Assembly: GCA_951406725.2 (NCBI GenBank)
Contig: OX597816.1
Location: 124,744,001-124,808,000 of the forward strand
Direction of reading: 5' to 3'
Source of the DNA: Octopus vulgaris
Lineage: Eukaryota
DNA: 64,000 nucleotides
Positions 27,186 through 39,500 of this stretch are shown here, piece by piece; the first letter of the stretch is position 1, and every line of letters starts with the position of its first letter. The translations under genes were made by a program, and so were the position numbers. A model generated the notes under the pieces. That model saw only the letters and a list, made by a program, of their open reading frames with translations. It was not told the origin of the DNA and ran no database searches.

Positions 27186-29754
27186 AGGGTAAGTATTCAT
27201 TTTGCAACTAATATCAAAACTCATGGCTGGCAATTAATTACATTGAAGGTGTCATCAATTTATTTTTCATTTCTCTCATTTCACTGTATATATTAATTGT
27301 CTTCGTTATTTAAATCAAGTTTGTAGAAATAGTGTTAGTCTTAAAATGCTCAAAAAAATTTTAGCCACATGATTTGATTAGTCTTATCAAAATATACCAC
27401 ATATTAATAATTGCATGGCAACAGATGACACTTTCGGCAATATCCTTTAAATTATGAACTTATTGATTAGTTTAGATTATATTATACAGAATTGATTTTA
27501 AAACTGGGAATCACGTTCACTATTTTTTTTTTTTTACATTTTTTCAGGTTTGTAAAAGGAAGGGCAGAAAATTGCTCTTCTTTATAATTTCTCGGACAAG
27601 TGATGGAATGGGAGATTAAAAACCTTTATCAATAGAACAGTAATTGGTTGCGAATGCTTGCAAAACCTAAGCATTATTAAAAACACCTGAGATCGATTTC
27701 AGCATCAAAATACGATACTAATTAAGTATGAAACACCAAAGCATATACATTTGATATTCGCAGTTTTCGTCGAGAGTGACTCGTTCCTTGCTACAGACAG
27801 TTGTTTAAACTTTCAACATCTTGGGAAGCATGTAACTGTGAAACAAATGTAGTGATTATAAGATTTATTTATGTAATAATGTGAACAGCTGTTACCTAGT
27901 TAATCAATATCAATTTTAGAAACTCATTCCCTATGTGAGATCGACAAACAACACTAAGTGAAACAAACTTCAAAAATGTATTCAATTTCAGGAAAATCCT
28001 GTATTAAAACTGATGACGCATATTATATAAAACGGAATGTGATATGATTTCGTGTTAACTGAGTCCGCACAAAATCACACGTATGAGTGTGTGAGCCAAT
28101 GTCTGTGTATGTATGCCTATGACTGACTGTCTTCGTGTTCACTTATATTCGATGGTTTTGTAACTTATGACTTACGCTTGACTAGTTTTGAAAGTAAGAA
28201 GGCTAAGGCCTGATTATTATAACATATGCTTATTTAAATGCTTTTTATTTTAACCACAGTAAGGCGTGCAAGACTCTACAGGATGTCAATTCTGAAACAA
28301 CATGAAAAAATCAAGCCAAGTATTATAAATTACAAGGCAATTATAAATATTTTGATGTTAAACAGGAGAACAAAATTCTGTGAGTATCAATGTTAATTTA
28401 ATTTTTGTAATTATGACCATACTTAATTATTTATGACCTTTAGAAATAAGCTAATATTTGAAGAGTAATTATGAAAGTAATCACTCTATAATGTATATTA
28501 TTACTTATGGAAAGATCTGTATTTCCTTCGTTTCCAATTACAGTATACGTCGATATTTAGAGATATATATAACTATTAATATAGTGAAAGAAATGACTGA
28601 ATTCTATAATGACAGTGTAATTCAAATACATACATTGAAGTAAGTGGGACTTTGATATTTACTATTAGAGCGCGTCACTGGGGACAAAATTTATTAATAC
28701 ATAGGATGATAAATTATTATGAATTAATGAAATGTTTCATTAGGAGTTGTTTAAGAGCATATACAAATAATTTCCGATGAATGCTGTAGTTTCTATTAAA
28801 TTATTACTTTACGCCTGAATGAATGTATTTTATATATATTTGTGGTCTCATATGGTTTTAAGAATCAGCCAGGTTTATTACCTCTGTTATTAAGGGTATG
28901 TGCTTTGACTTATTGAGAAGGAATAGTAACCGAAATTAATAGGAAAATTAAACTCTTGCAAAGTTGATCAAAAATTGGAAATTAACTTAATTTCGGTCTA
29001 ACTCTCCTTAGAAGGTGAGCCTGTTAAATTCAAGTATTGAAATGTAATAATGCGTTGCTTAAAGTTTGCATGAAATGATTAACTTTAATTCCATTTTATA
29101 TTTGGTAACTAATCAACATACCGAAAACTTTGTTCTCTTATTATATTTCTGAATTGATATATTTAGTATATCACCAACTGATGCTGACACTCAGTTGTTA
29201 TGGTTAATAATCCGCGCAATTTCTCATTGATTAAAGGACTAAATATGGTATCTCATATATTTGGCTTTTTTTTCTCTTTTAACGTTTGTTACAACAAAAT
29301 TGAAATATATTAAACTGCGCATCTCATAAATTTGTGTGCTTCTAAGGTCGTGTAAATTCTAAATAACTCCCAAAGGACAAATTATATATTATGTCTTTGT
29401 GATTAAATGAGTAATCCACCATTAAGTGATTAAATACATTTAAATACATACATGGGAGAAATATAATGGTTAAATAAGCTTAATATTTGTGTTTACCGTA
29501 CAAACCTCGGTATCACATTTTATTTCTGTAACAAGTGTGTCGAACCATACTGAAAATCAAACTATAAACTTTTGATCAATCTTCAGAAGCCATAATTCTA
29601 CTGTATGTAGAAGCTTTAAATTCTATTTAGACAATACACACATACACACATGTGTATATATATATATTACAGAAATAGGGTGAAAGATAATTAATTTAAT
29701 AAAATCAATTTAATAAAATTTCCGTATGGAAAAGGACCATATTGGGTAAAAACT

Positions 29755-30062
29755 TATATATTTATAACAATAAGGGTTTTGCAACAACTTGCTTGACCAC
29801 ATACCGAAAATTTTAGAAATAGCAGCCAAAGGACTACTGTTTCTTTTTCTACAAAAATCTGTCTCCACAGACAACAATATTTGTAACAACAGTTCTTTTT
29901 CTACAAAAATATGTCTCCACAGACAACAATAATTGTAACAACAGTTACAAATATTGTTGTCTGGGGAGACATTTTTGTAGAAAAAGAAATAGTAGTCCTT
30001 TGGCTGCTATTTCTAAAATTTTCGGTATGTGGTCAAGCAACTTGTTGCAAAACCCTTATTGT

Positions 30063-30074
<12 letters not shown>
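29755..30074. repeat. Near-perfect inverted repeat (~130-bp arms) with an internal 52-bp tandem duplication
   Basis: Left arm 29755-29887 is the reverse complement of 29944-30074 apart from a few substitutions and a 2-nt indel; 29841-29892 is repeated at 29893-29944. Confidence 0.93.
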
Positions 30075-30100
<26 letters not shown>

Positions 30101-30107
<7 letters not shown>

Positions 30108-30377
30108 ATCACGTGACCGACCAGGCCATCAGATGTAGTTACACATCGTTGGTCACAATGCGTTCGCATTGTTTTAGCCTTCGAATGACGCCACCCCGCT
30201 GGCTAAGCGAGCAGGCCGACAGAAGAAAGAGTGGTGCAAGAGTACAGCATGGATCACCACCCCCTGCCGGAGCCACGTGGAGCTTTTAGGTGTTTTCGCT
30301 CAATAAACACTCACAACGCCCGGTCTGGGAATCGAAACCGCTAGTCCGCTGCCCTAACCACTGGGCCATTGCGCCTC

Positions 30378-30380
<3 letters not shown>
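30101..30380 (-). mobile_element. tRNA-derived SINE (same family as 63017-63305), small deletion in the head
   Basis: Head GTGGAGGCGCAATGGCCCAGTGGTTAGGGCAGCGGACT...TTTCGATTCCC; tail CACGTGATCACGTGA; high identity to the 63-kb copy. Confidence 0.9.
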
Positions 30381-30442
<62 letters not shown>

Positions 30443-30561
30443 ATATATATATGTGTGTGTGTGTGTATCATATCTTCAGTCAGTCAGTGATACACGCTTC
30501 CCTGTAACATATCTTGATACACATAAGCACAACACGCACATTTACGAACATTAATATATAC

Positions 30562-30920
30562 CTTCGATGCAAAAACCAATTCCGTGTTGTGTCTATGTGG
30601 ACGAACAAAGATATGCACTTTGTCTTCTGCAGCAGAGGTAGCGTTCAGCATAATGCCAAGATTGGCTTTGTGATTATTTTCATCGCAGCTCATGAAAATT
30701 GCCTGCAATCCCTCTGTGAAGTCAGTTCTTTTGTAGGATAAATGAAACGTGATTCCATTAGGAAATGAATATCCATTATATCTCCAAAGTGTCAATTTTC
30801 CACCATTAAATATTCCTTTACCATCTTCTGTATTTACATTCATAATTGCAATTGTCTGAAGGGAAGACGAAATATCTCTTATACCATTGTCAAAATTGAT
30901 ATACAGTTCTTTAACACAAT
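30562..30920 (-). CDS. Pif-like gene, coding exon 3 (N-terminal two-thirds of the LamG domain)
   Basis: Acceptor tctgtttcag, donor gtatat, 359 nt, phase 1 to 0; (D)CVKELYINFDNGIRDISSSLQTIAIMNVNTEDGKGIFNGGKLTLWRYNGYSFPNGITFHLSYK...QAIFMSCD...ASK resembles the C-x-x-E-L-Y-x-x-F...D-x-S...F-N-G...R...Q-A-L pattern of Pif-family LamG domains. Confidence 0.93.
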
Positions 30921-31664
30921 CTGAAACAGATAATTGAAAGAAGCTATCAAGCTTTTGATTTTTATATATAAAGAACTGTCAATGAACGGAAAACTCAGAG
31001 TAAAAACAGGGGAGAGAGTTTTAGCATGTGATATATTAATAAAATCTAATATAAGATTCAACACTTTCCCACTCGAATGTAAAACTAAACAGCTACGATT
31101 ATGTTTATATAATATGAGTTCTTAACCATACGGCCTTGCTTGCGCGTTTCCCTATATTTTCTCTCATTATTTACAGTATATACACGCACTGGAATGTACG
31201 ACACATAACCATATGTTAGGGCCCAGTAATAAGTTCCACATTAGACTCTTGCGTCCATTGCTGTTAGACTTTTGGCATCAAACCTCGGGATAGACTAGTG
31301 TGCAGAATAATTGTTTCAGTAAATCAATTGGCAAGATTATGCAGCTGTTTGGCGAAATTTTATTCTCATCGAAACTCGGCATTAGCGTTTTCTACACAAG
31401 ATACAAAGTACATTATTAGATTGTTTCAATATAAACCTCCGTTACTAAAATTACTCATAACGCCCATGTAGTGGAATACTGGGGGACAAAATGCCCAGGA
31501 TGACAAATGGAAAATAGACATGGTCAATGCAAAGAGGATAGTGGATCAGTGGATGCTACGCCGTCTCTTATATCTTTAGACAGACGCTTATGCACATTCA
31601 CAATTGTGCACATAGATATACAAGAGAGACAGAGAAAGAGAGAGAGATGGGGAAGAGAGGGGAA

Positions 31665-31718
31665 AAGAAGAAGGAGGAGGGGAAGAAGAAGAAGAAGAAG
31701 GAGGAGGAGAAGAAGAAG

Positions 31719-31750
<32 letters not shown>

Positions 31751-31845
31751 GAAGTAGAAGAAGAAGTAGAACAAGAAGAAGAAGAAGAAGAAGAAGAAGA
31801 AGAAGAAGAAGAAGAAGAAGAAGAAGAAGAAGAAGAAGAAGAAGA
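31665..31845. repeat. (GAA)n/(GGA)n purine tract
   Basis: Directly visible; source of the poly-Arg/Leu/Phe ORFs. Confidence 0.97.
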
Positions 31846-33189
31846 AACTCAGAAGCAATGCTAGCATAATGGAAAAGGCAATGCAAACGTCAGTCGCAGC
31901 GGCAACAACGTGACAACAATAGCGAAAATATCAATTGCTCTACGATCAGCTACTGACATATATGAGGGATGGAGAGAGAGATAGTGGTCACTACAGATGA
32001 CCACAGGTTCATAAACTTAGCTTCAAGGAACCAGCTTTATGGTAGACGAAGCGAGTATTTGTAAATATTTCCGTAACCTCTAGAGAGTGAAATGTGGTGT
32101 AACGTCCAATCACGTATGCAACCACTCCCAAGTGTTCATCATCGTACGTATACAATCATATGCACATAACTCACATACTCTGCCGGACACATACGAGAAA
32201 TTATTCACAGATGCAAGTTCACACATGCATACACATACATAAACAAGCGAGCGTTCACCATGCACTGGTACGTATATATGCATACATATACTCGTGCATG
32301 AATGTCCTCTTTAATATCATACCGATACCGTACAGCAACCAAACTTAAGTTACTACTACCCTTCTCGATCGCGCACCTATTCACTGTCAGTTGCCATTAT
32401 CCATATTTGTTTGTATTCACATAAGCAATGTTTTTTTTTTTCTCGAGACTTTTATGTGCATTTGTCTGGTTTACTAAGTTTTAGGCCAACTCAGTTGAAA
32501 GTTGCACGAAATGCGTAAGTGCAATCCACAAAAAGGCGTTATATTACAACTATTCTCCGTCATCTTTTAGGTCATTGTACATTCTTGATCTGACAAAGTC
32601 AGGTCGATTAGAGCACGAAGTTATCCATTGTCATGTATTTTATTGCATTTAGTAGTGTAATAATCGGTAATCTATAAAAGTGTTTTCGATACAAGCACGG
32701 GTAGGATATATACTCAGAATGAGAAAGAGGTTCGTACAGGGAGAGTGAGTTAGCTAATTCAATCTTCAACCCCTGTTTGGTATGCAATCCGCAGAGATGT
32801 CAACTTCACTGTTACATTAATTGCATGTATCTTTACCAGACATTTTAAAATAAAACTTGCCTTATTATCATATTAACTACGGATATGTTCAGTGAATGAA
32901 GTAGAGCTATATTTTCTGGTTACAGAGTTGTGCTTATGCATAGAAATGTGTTGTTTCACGGGATTTAACCGTAGCGCCAATGTAATATTTTCTACTACTG
33001 TGTCTAAACATCACACATTTATATACTCCGTTTGTATGTGTCTACTGCATATTCAAGGGGATATTCACGGGAGTTCTGAAGTTATAACCAGGAAGTGCTG
33101 GACGGCACTAAAGTGAACAGGTCAGCCAATCATTCTATGTACAGTAGCATGGGGTGAAATGCAAAACTGATTGGTATAACCTAGTGTAT

Positions 33190-33560
33190 CCTGTTCACAT
33201 TCGCTTATGTCTTTGGTGTTCCCGAGAAATCATTTCTTCTCTTGGTAGTTCTCCTCGCGACGTGTTCCCTTGGAGGAAACACTGCAATGTGCATGATGTG
33301 ATTGAGCCTAAGTCGTAGTGTGCCAACCAGTGTCATCTGCTATGACGTAATGACTTCTGGCAATATATTTAGCGAGTTTCAACCTATTAGATGTGGCTGC
33401 AATGTTAGTCACATTGGGTACGGAAGAGTAGAATACCTTTATATTCTTTCTGTCGAAAATGGTATGGTACCTATGATGCAAGGGAAGAGAATCTCTCTTG
33501 GGTGTGAAAAAATATTCTGGGAACATTAATTTTCACAATAGATTAGAAGAGCTGGCCGTA
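33190..33560 (-). mobile_element. Possible decayed RTE-type LINE 3' fragment
   Basis: Higher-GC segment; minus-strand LPEVITS*QMTLVG...PPREHVARR weakly resembles an RTE C-terminus. Confidence 0.3.
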
Positions 33561-34107
33561 CCGTACCATCTCTTTCCTCCTACTCTTCTTTCTGCCATAG
33601 CGGTGGGTGTTCACCGCTGTTAAATGTCTAGGACTAATTGATTTCAGGGTTTCGTTTTGTTCTTCGTTGTAGCCTATCTGCCCAAATCACCGATAATCTT
33701 CCTGCCTCTCGTAAGGTTCGGGTTATTTCCGAATGAAATGGTGCCCTACTCGGCTTGAAAGGATCAGCGAAGAGTTTCAGGGTCACCGGACTTATATTGA
33801 GGAGGTAAGCGCTCAGCGAGTTCTAACACCGCTCTCTGTAGCTAGGCAACCCACAAGGCCAGCGTCTGAAATGAAATTTAATCTGTCATACTCACTTTAC
33901 CTAGTATTCTGCATTATTATTGAAAGTCCTTTCCTTTCCTAAATATTAATAATATATGCGCATTATTCCAGAACATTCACTAACATACCTTGGAGGAAGA
34001 GACAATTTATGACATAAAGGAATTTTTCGTTTGGTTTATGTTAAGAATAATGTAATTCTACACATGTTTCACACACACACACACACCCACACACACACAC
34101 AGACACC

Positions 34108-34205
<98 letters not shown>

Positions 34206-34209
34206 TATA

Positions 34210-34480
34210 TGGGTAAAGCACGTCACAAACCTTAAACAACATAAAATACGAAAACGAATGTGTTGAATACGCAAACGAGAGAAACAAATGGAAAACAAGA
34301 CAAGTAACATGAAGAACAACGTTCATCAGTTGTCGGATGTCTTACAGCTATTTCTGGGATATCTCAAGCGATAGATTAGCATCTCCATACACTGGATATT
34401 TTGTCATCAGACACAGGGTGAGTATGTATGAACGTTCTAGACAGGGAATTCACAGTTTATAATGGAATAAAATAGTAGAG
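34210..34480 (-). mobile_element. Penelope-like terminal-repeat fragments with hammerhead-like motif
   Basis: Minus strand 34416-34337: TGTGT-CTGATGA-...ATATC...GATAT...-GAAATAGCTGTA-AGACA; related fragment at 62845-62940. Confidence 0.55.
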
Positions 34481-34819
34481 AGAAGAATAAAGTGTAAAAC
34501 AATAGGTAATAGTATGAAGTACCCAGCTCATCGTCTTCAAGAAGATTTGGAGGCTGGTCTGTACTTCTGTGAGGCTATAGATCCTTAAGCATAATCCCAG
34601 GTAAATCCAGGTAGTATTTTGACAGTATTTTGAATGTTGCGTTCATGTTGAAGGCATCGATTAAGTGGCTAGCTTCTCTGAAAATGGCTCACATGGGTAT
34701 ATAGAGTGAGAAATACAGACATCATGAAAAATATTCCTGGTCTGGGAATCGCACCCATTATCAAGCGGTCGTACCAATGATCAAGCGATCGTAACCACTC
34801 ACCTGTCTATCTATCTATC

Positions 34820-34904
<85 letters not shown>

Positions 34905-37900
34905 ACTGTCTGTCTGTCTGTCCGTCTATCTATCTGTATTTATTTATTCCTATCCATGTATTTTCTATATATCTGTAGATAGATAGATAGATAGATAGAT
35001 ATCTTTTTATACAAAACGCACTATATCCCAAATATATCTATGCGAATACTTATTTCACATTCTAGCTCTACAAACTGTGCAATGCCTTGGAAAGTCATTT
35101 GACTTTAGGTTGCCTTAGATATGCACGCTTTGTTTATTGTCAATGAAAGTAAACTCTACAATCTATAGGAGAGAGCTACGCTGATATGTCTGAACTCTAT
35201 AAAATATCTTTATAGATGCAAACCATGCCTGAGCTTTTGTGATAATTTTCGTTAGTTTTCGTTGTATTGTGCACATCAATTGGTAAAGTATTCCAATAAA
35301 CTTTGAAATTGTATAGCGAATTACAAATGGCCGATGTATTAATTTTAAACTATATATTTATCGAAATATAGTGAATTTAAGAAACATACATGATGTTGTA
35401 AAGCAATCTCACTAGACAGCTTACAGTCAGTAAAGATAATACATCAACCAAAACAGCAAGTGACTTATTCAAAGGTGCAACCGGAATCAGCAATTATTAA
35501 AGTGGTTTGCATCTTAACATTACCACTGCTTCTTTCGTCTATTGCAACATATCTTTATTACCACCAGGGAAGAAGATAAGCAGTGACAGCTGGATGAGTA
35601 TTTCTTTGGATTTCAGGGTTCATTTTCATTGTGTTATTGCTAAATGAGCTCTTGCCATAACTTGTCTTATCTGAAGGTCAGGCGTTAACATTGAAATCTG
35701 AAGCATCCATAAGATGGAAGTCTAGGATTTCATTGTATTAAATACAGTATTTTAATTTAAGTTTGAATAACTCTGAAAAATAGTTTTGCGAAAATAATAA
35801 CAACTACTTTCAAATAATTGTATGTAACAATTTTATAAATTTAAAATTACACAGCATTTAGAACAGGTAAGAAATATGAACTGCAAATGTACATACCTAC
35901 AGTTTGCCATGGAACAGAATATCGATAATGCTCATCAGTTTTACATTACTTGAATATTGTATAAAAAGCAATTGAATTTATTTTGAGGCATGCGGGGTTG
36001 TAATTTATGTTCTCTTTAACACGTTCTACGCCTTAGGAAAAACAAATTAGTTTTCTTTTCGTTTTGGACTTGTCAAGCAAATACAGAAAGCATTATTAAT
36101 CTGCATACGCTCGAAGCAGGTGAATGTAGTTTCACTTTGTATAGATTTCCTTAATTTAGAAAAAATACTGTAAATAAAATATTGTTACAAGATTTAGCAT
36201 CTTATATGAAATAGGATCATTGATTCAATATCAAAGGCAGCTCCGATTATTAATATATATGTTGATGCATTGTATTATGTGCAGTATATGCAAATATACT
36301 TTAAAATGTTTAACTGCTAATAAGTAGACACATCTCACAAAATTGTCCTAGACGGCATCGTACAGACGGAAGCTCAGTTGAATGATTGACTTTCTTCATG
36401 CTTCTAATCGTTTATGTGAAATTATAAATACAACAGTAAGGTTTTTATGATTTATCAAAAACAAGTCAATATTTCGTAATTTGCGGAAAATGCAAGACAA
36501 CAAATATTTAAATCCTTGCGTGATGGGTCTAGAATCAAGTTATAATTTTCAGCTTATACAAGTTCCCTGACGTAAATTATAATTACATTAGGTAAGACAT
36601 AGAACATTATATTCCTGAATGATAATAAAACATTGTAATATATGTTACCCGTACCATCGTACATGATAAAACTGGTGACGTTAATATACTTTGCTACATT
36701 CGACATACCACTTATTTTGTCTAACGTATGAAGGATTATTTAGAGAGAAATTTAGGTTTAAATATTGAACATGGTAAGTTGTTTAGACCACTACATAAAA
36801 TACTAGAGCTGTGGAGTAATTGAATTTATGTCTCAGACGCCTTTGCTGAATATGCACTGATGTACAACAGTACCAGTCTAGAAAAGAAAAATCGATTTTC
36901 ACTGATGGATGAAGACAGGATACAGAAGATTTTTGAAGGAAATAAGTTAATTGAAATGGTTCTAAACGCGAGTTGAAAATATATCAGAAATTCGCTAATC
37001 AGAATATTCTTATTCGGCCGTGATTACCTCCTGAAGAAGATATATAGACTTTTCACGTAGGTACAAGTGGAGTTGATATGTTATCACAAAATACTAAAGC
37101 AAATGGCAAAAGTACTAAAGATGTAATTAAACTGGGATAAGAGAAAACATTTAGCTGTGTCGATAGGTATGAGACATGCAATTATGTTGGCTCCGGGGTT
37201 CATATCTTGTCAACAATGCTCTGCACATAAGGCTTAAATTTTTAATTTACAAATGCATAACGTGTTTGCATGAGTGTAAATACCTCGTTGAGAAATTACT
37301 CAACATTAAAAGCTGCAGCATCAACACTATAAAATTATCAATACTTCACTTACTAATTTACTGTGTTCTAAGCTCTACTGTGGAGAGTATAGCATGATGG
37401 ATCCTGTATATATGCATGTCTACTTTCCAGTGCCATCGCAATAGAAATTGGGTTCTAACTAGTGGAGCCAAAACCAGAAATAGGTCATTAGAGTCAGCTC
37501 ACAAAACACTTAACTCTCCTTTTCCTTTAAAGGATAAATAAATCTTGACTCAGGTAATTCGGCATGCCGATATCTTCCAAAATAATATAACAGTTGCCTC
37601 AAAATTTTCAGTCACTATTTTAATTTTAAATATCGATCAACAGATAACAGTTTAGTCAGGTTGAGGAGGCAACATTCATGATCTCTTATTTTTTAAAAGC
37701 ATTTGATTCTAATGGGAATGATAAAGGAAGTTACTTTTAAATTGGAAACTCGACTCGAATATTTGTCACAAAGTAACCCAGGGACCACATAGTGGTATTA
37801 AAAAGAGAAATAGATTGAGTCTACTACACAAGCACTTAGGCTGCAAGAAGCTAAAGCAACTCATCTCATTCAACATACTGACAATTTCGCCAAACTACTA

Positions 37901-38181
37901 CTCTGGGCTAGCAAGTTATTTTATCCAGCTCCGAAAAGATGAACGGCAAATTTGATTTTAAATTGCTAGGAGGAAACTGATTCGATGTTCCATACAAAAT
38001 TTAATGAGAACAATATAAAAAGAAATAAGATATATTTTGCAAATAGGGATACGTTAAGCATTTATTAATTGAAATAATACCATCACACACTTATTGAGGC
38101 AACCGAAATGTACAGTAATAAACTAAGAATAAAGCATATAAAAGCATAGAGTAAATACTGTAGAGAGTCACTGCAACCGTT

Positions 38182-38343
38182 ATTTACATTATTTATATTT
38201 GACGGGTATTTGTCCTCATCTTGTTTCTTGTTAACACAATGTTTCGGCTGATATACCCTCCAGCCTTCACCAGGTGTGTTGGGGGAAATTTCGAACGTGG
38301 GTTATCATTCGTACGGTATTTTTCGATGTTGTCGTTGTTGTTG

Positions 38344-38380
<37 letters not shown>

Positions 38381-38460
38381 TGTCACGCTTGGAATCGAAC
38401 TAGGAATCTTGGGGTTAGTAGCCCGCGCTCTTAACTACTACACCATATGCACGTGAGTAA

Positions 38461-38495
<35 letters not shown>

Positions 38496-38677
38496 TAATA
38501 ATAACATCGAAAAATACCTTAGGAATGAGAACCCAGGTTTGAAATTTCCCCAACACACTTGATGAAGGCTGGAGGGTACATCAGCCGAAACGTGTTAACA
38601 AAAAACAAGATGAGGAGAAATAACCCTCAAATGTCAATAATGTAGATAATTCCTCATCTCTTAAATATAGAACTTTA
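38182..38677. mobile_element. Palindromic retroelement: tRNA-like head between two inverted hammerhead-bearing Penelope-type tails, with ~14-bp TSD
   Basis: Arms ~38182-38378 and ~38461-38650 are reverse complements; centre 38380-38455 is a minus-strand tRNA-like unit (TGGTGTAGTAGTT A box, AGTTCGATTCC B box); flanks TCACTGCAACCGTT (38168-38181) and TCACGGCAACCGTT (38678-38691). Confidence 0.88.
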
Positions 38678-38915
38678 TCACGGCAACCGTTTACAAAAAC
38701 AATTAATTGAAACAATTAAACATTGCTTTTAATAACCAATTGCTTCTTTTAGTTTCGTACAAAATCATGAACTATACACTATTAGCAAAATTATGCAATT
38801 TATGTTTTTGGGGGGAGAAGTAATCACATTTTTTATACCATATTCAGTTGATGAATATTTTAAAATAGGCATTGAGATGCTGCTTTCTTATAAGCGTCAA
38901 CATTAAAGAACTTAC

Positions 38916-39065
38916 CAGTTTTACTTTTCGTAAAAGAAGAACATGAGCACAGAGACTGATTGAACTGGGAACCTAATGCACAACGTCTGGTCATCCAAAT
39001 TCCGTTCACGTAGACCTCGTATAGTATTGGGTTAGTTAAGTTAGCTTTATAGTTCGGACACCCAC
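38916..39065 (-). CDS. Pif-like gene, coding exon 2: reduced (4-Cys) chitin-binding type-2-like module
   Basis: Acceptor cttgaacag, donor gtaagt, 150 nt, phase 1 to 1; (S)GCPNYKANLTNPILYEVYVNGIWMTRRCALGSQFNQSLCSCSSFTKSKT has the Y...W...C-x-x-G-x-x-F...C-x-C pattern. Confidence 0.92.
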
Positions 39066-39097
39066 CTGTTCAAGTAAGAAAACTAGAGATGTGATAT

Positions 39098-39500
39098 TGG
39101 TCTCAAATTTTGGCACAAGGACAGTTAGTTCGGAGGAGGAAGTAAGTCGATTATATCGCTCCAAGACGTCGATTGATAACTATTTTATTGATTCCGATGG
39201 ACGAAAGGTAAAGTCGACCTCGGCGGAATTTGAACTCAGAAAGCAAAAACCGGACGAATGCCGTTAACTATTTTTACCCGGGATGCTAATGATTCATCCG
39301 GCTCACCGCCTTCGCTAAATATCATATTAAACGTAATATTAGCGTCCGTCTTCATGTTTTAAGTTCAGAATCCCACGAAGTCAAATTTGCCTATCATACC
39401 TTTCAGGGTCGATAAAATAAGTACTACTTTATCACTGGGATCAATGTAATCGACTTATCCTCTCCCACGAAACTGCTGGCCTTGTGCGGAAACGTGAATT
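39098..39500. mobile_element. Head-to-head inverted pair of Meta-type SINE copies (39098-39312 minus; 39343-39500 plus)
   Basis: TTTTGGCACAAGG...AAAGTCGACCTCGGCGGAATTTGAACTCAGAA...CTCACCGCCT followed by GTCCGTCTT...GGGTCGATAAAATAAGTAC...TGCTGGCCTTGTGC. Confidence 0.82.

Noticed and set aside
30484-30843. ORF-track 119-aa protein treated as a stand-alone gene
   Set aside because: It is the interior of exon 3 plus read-through into the intron.
30562-30855. Alternative acceptor cccttcag at 30856 for exon 3
   Set aside because: It is phase 0 and would drop the conserved CVKELYINFD segment; the acceptor at 30921 matches the exon 2 phase.
38380-38455. Possible functional tRNA gene
   Set aside because: A and B boxes are present but there is no acceptor stem or complete cloverleaf; it is the head of a repeat. 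The same applies to the other SINE heads.
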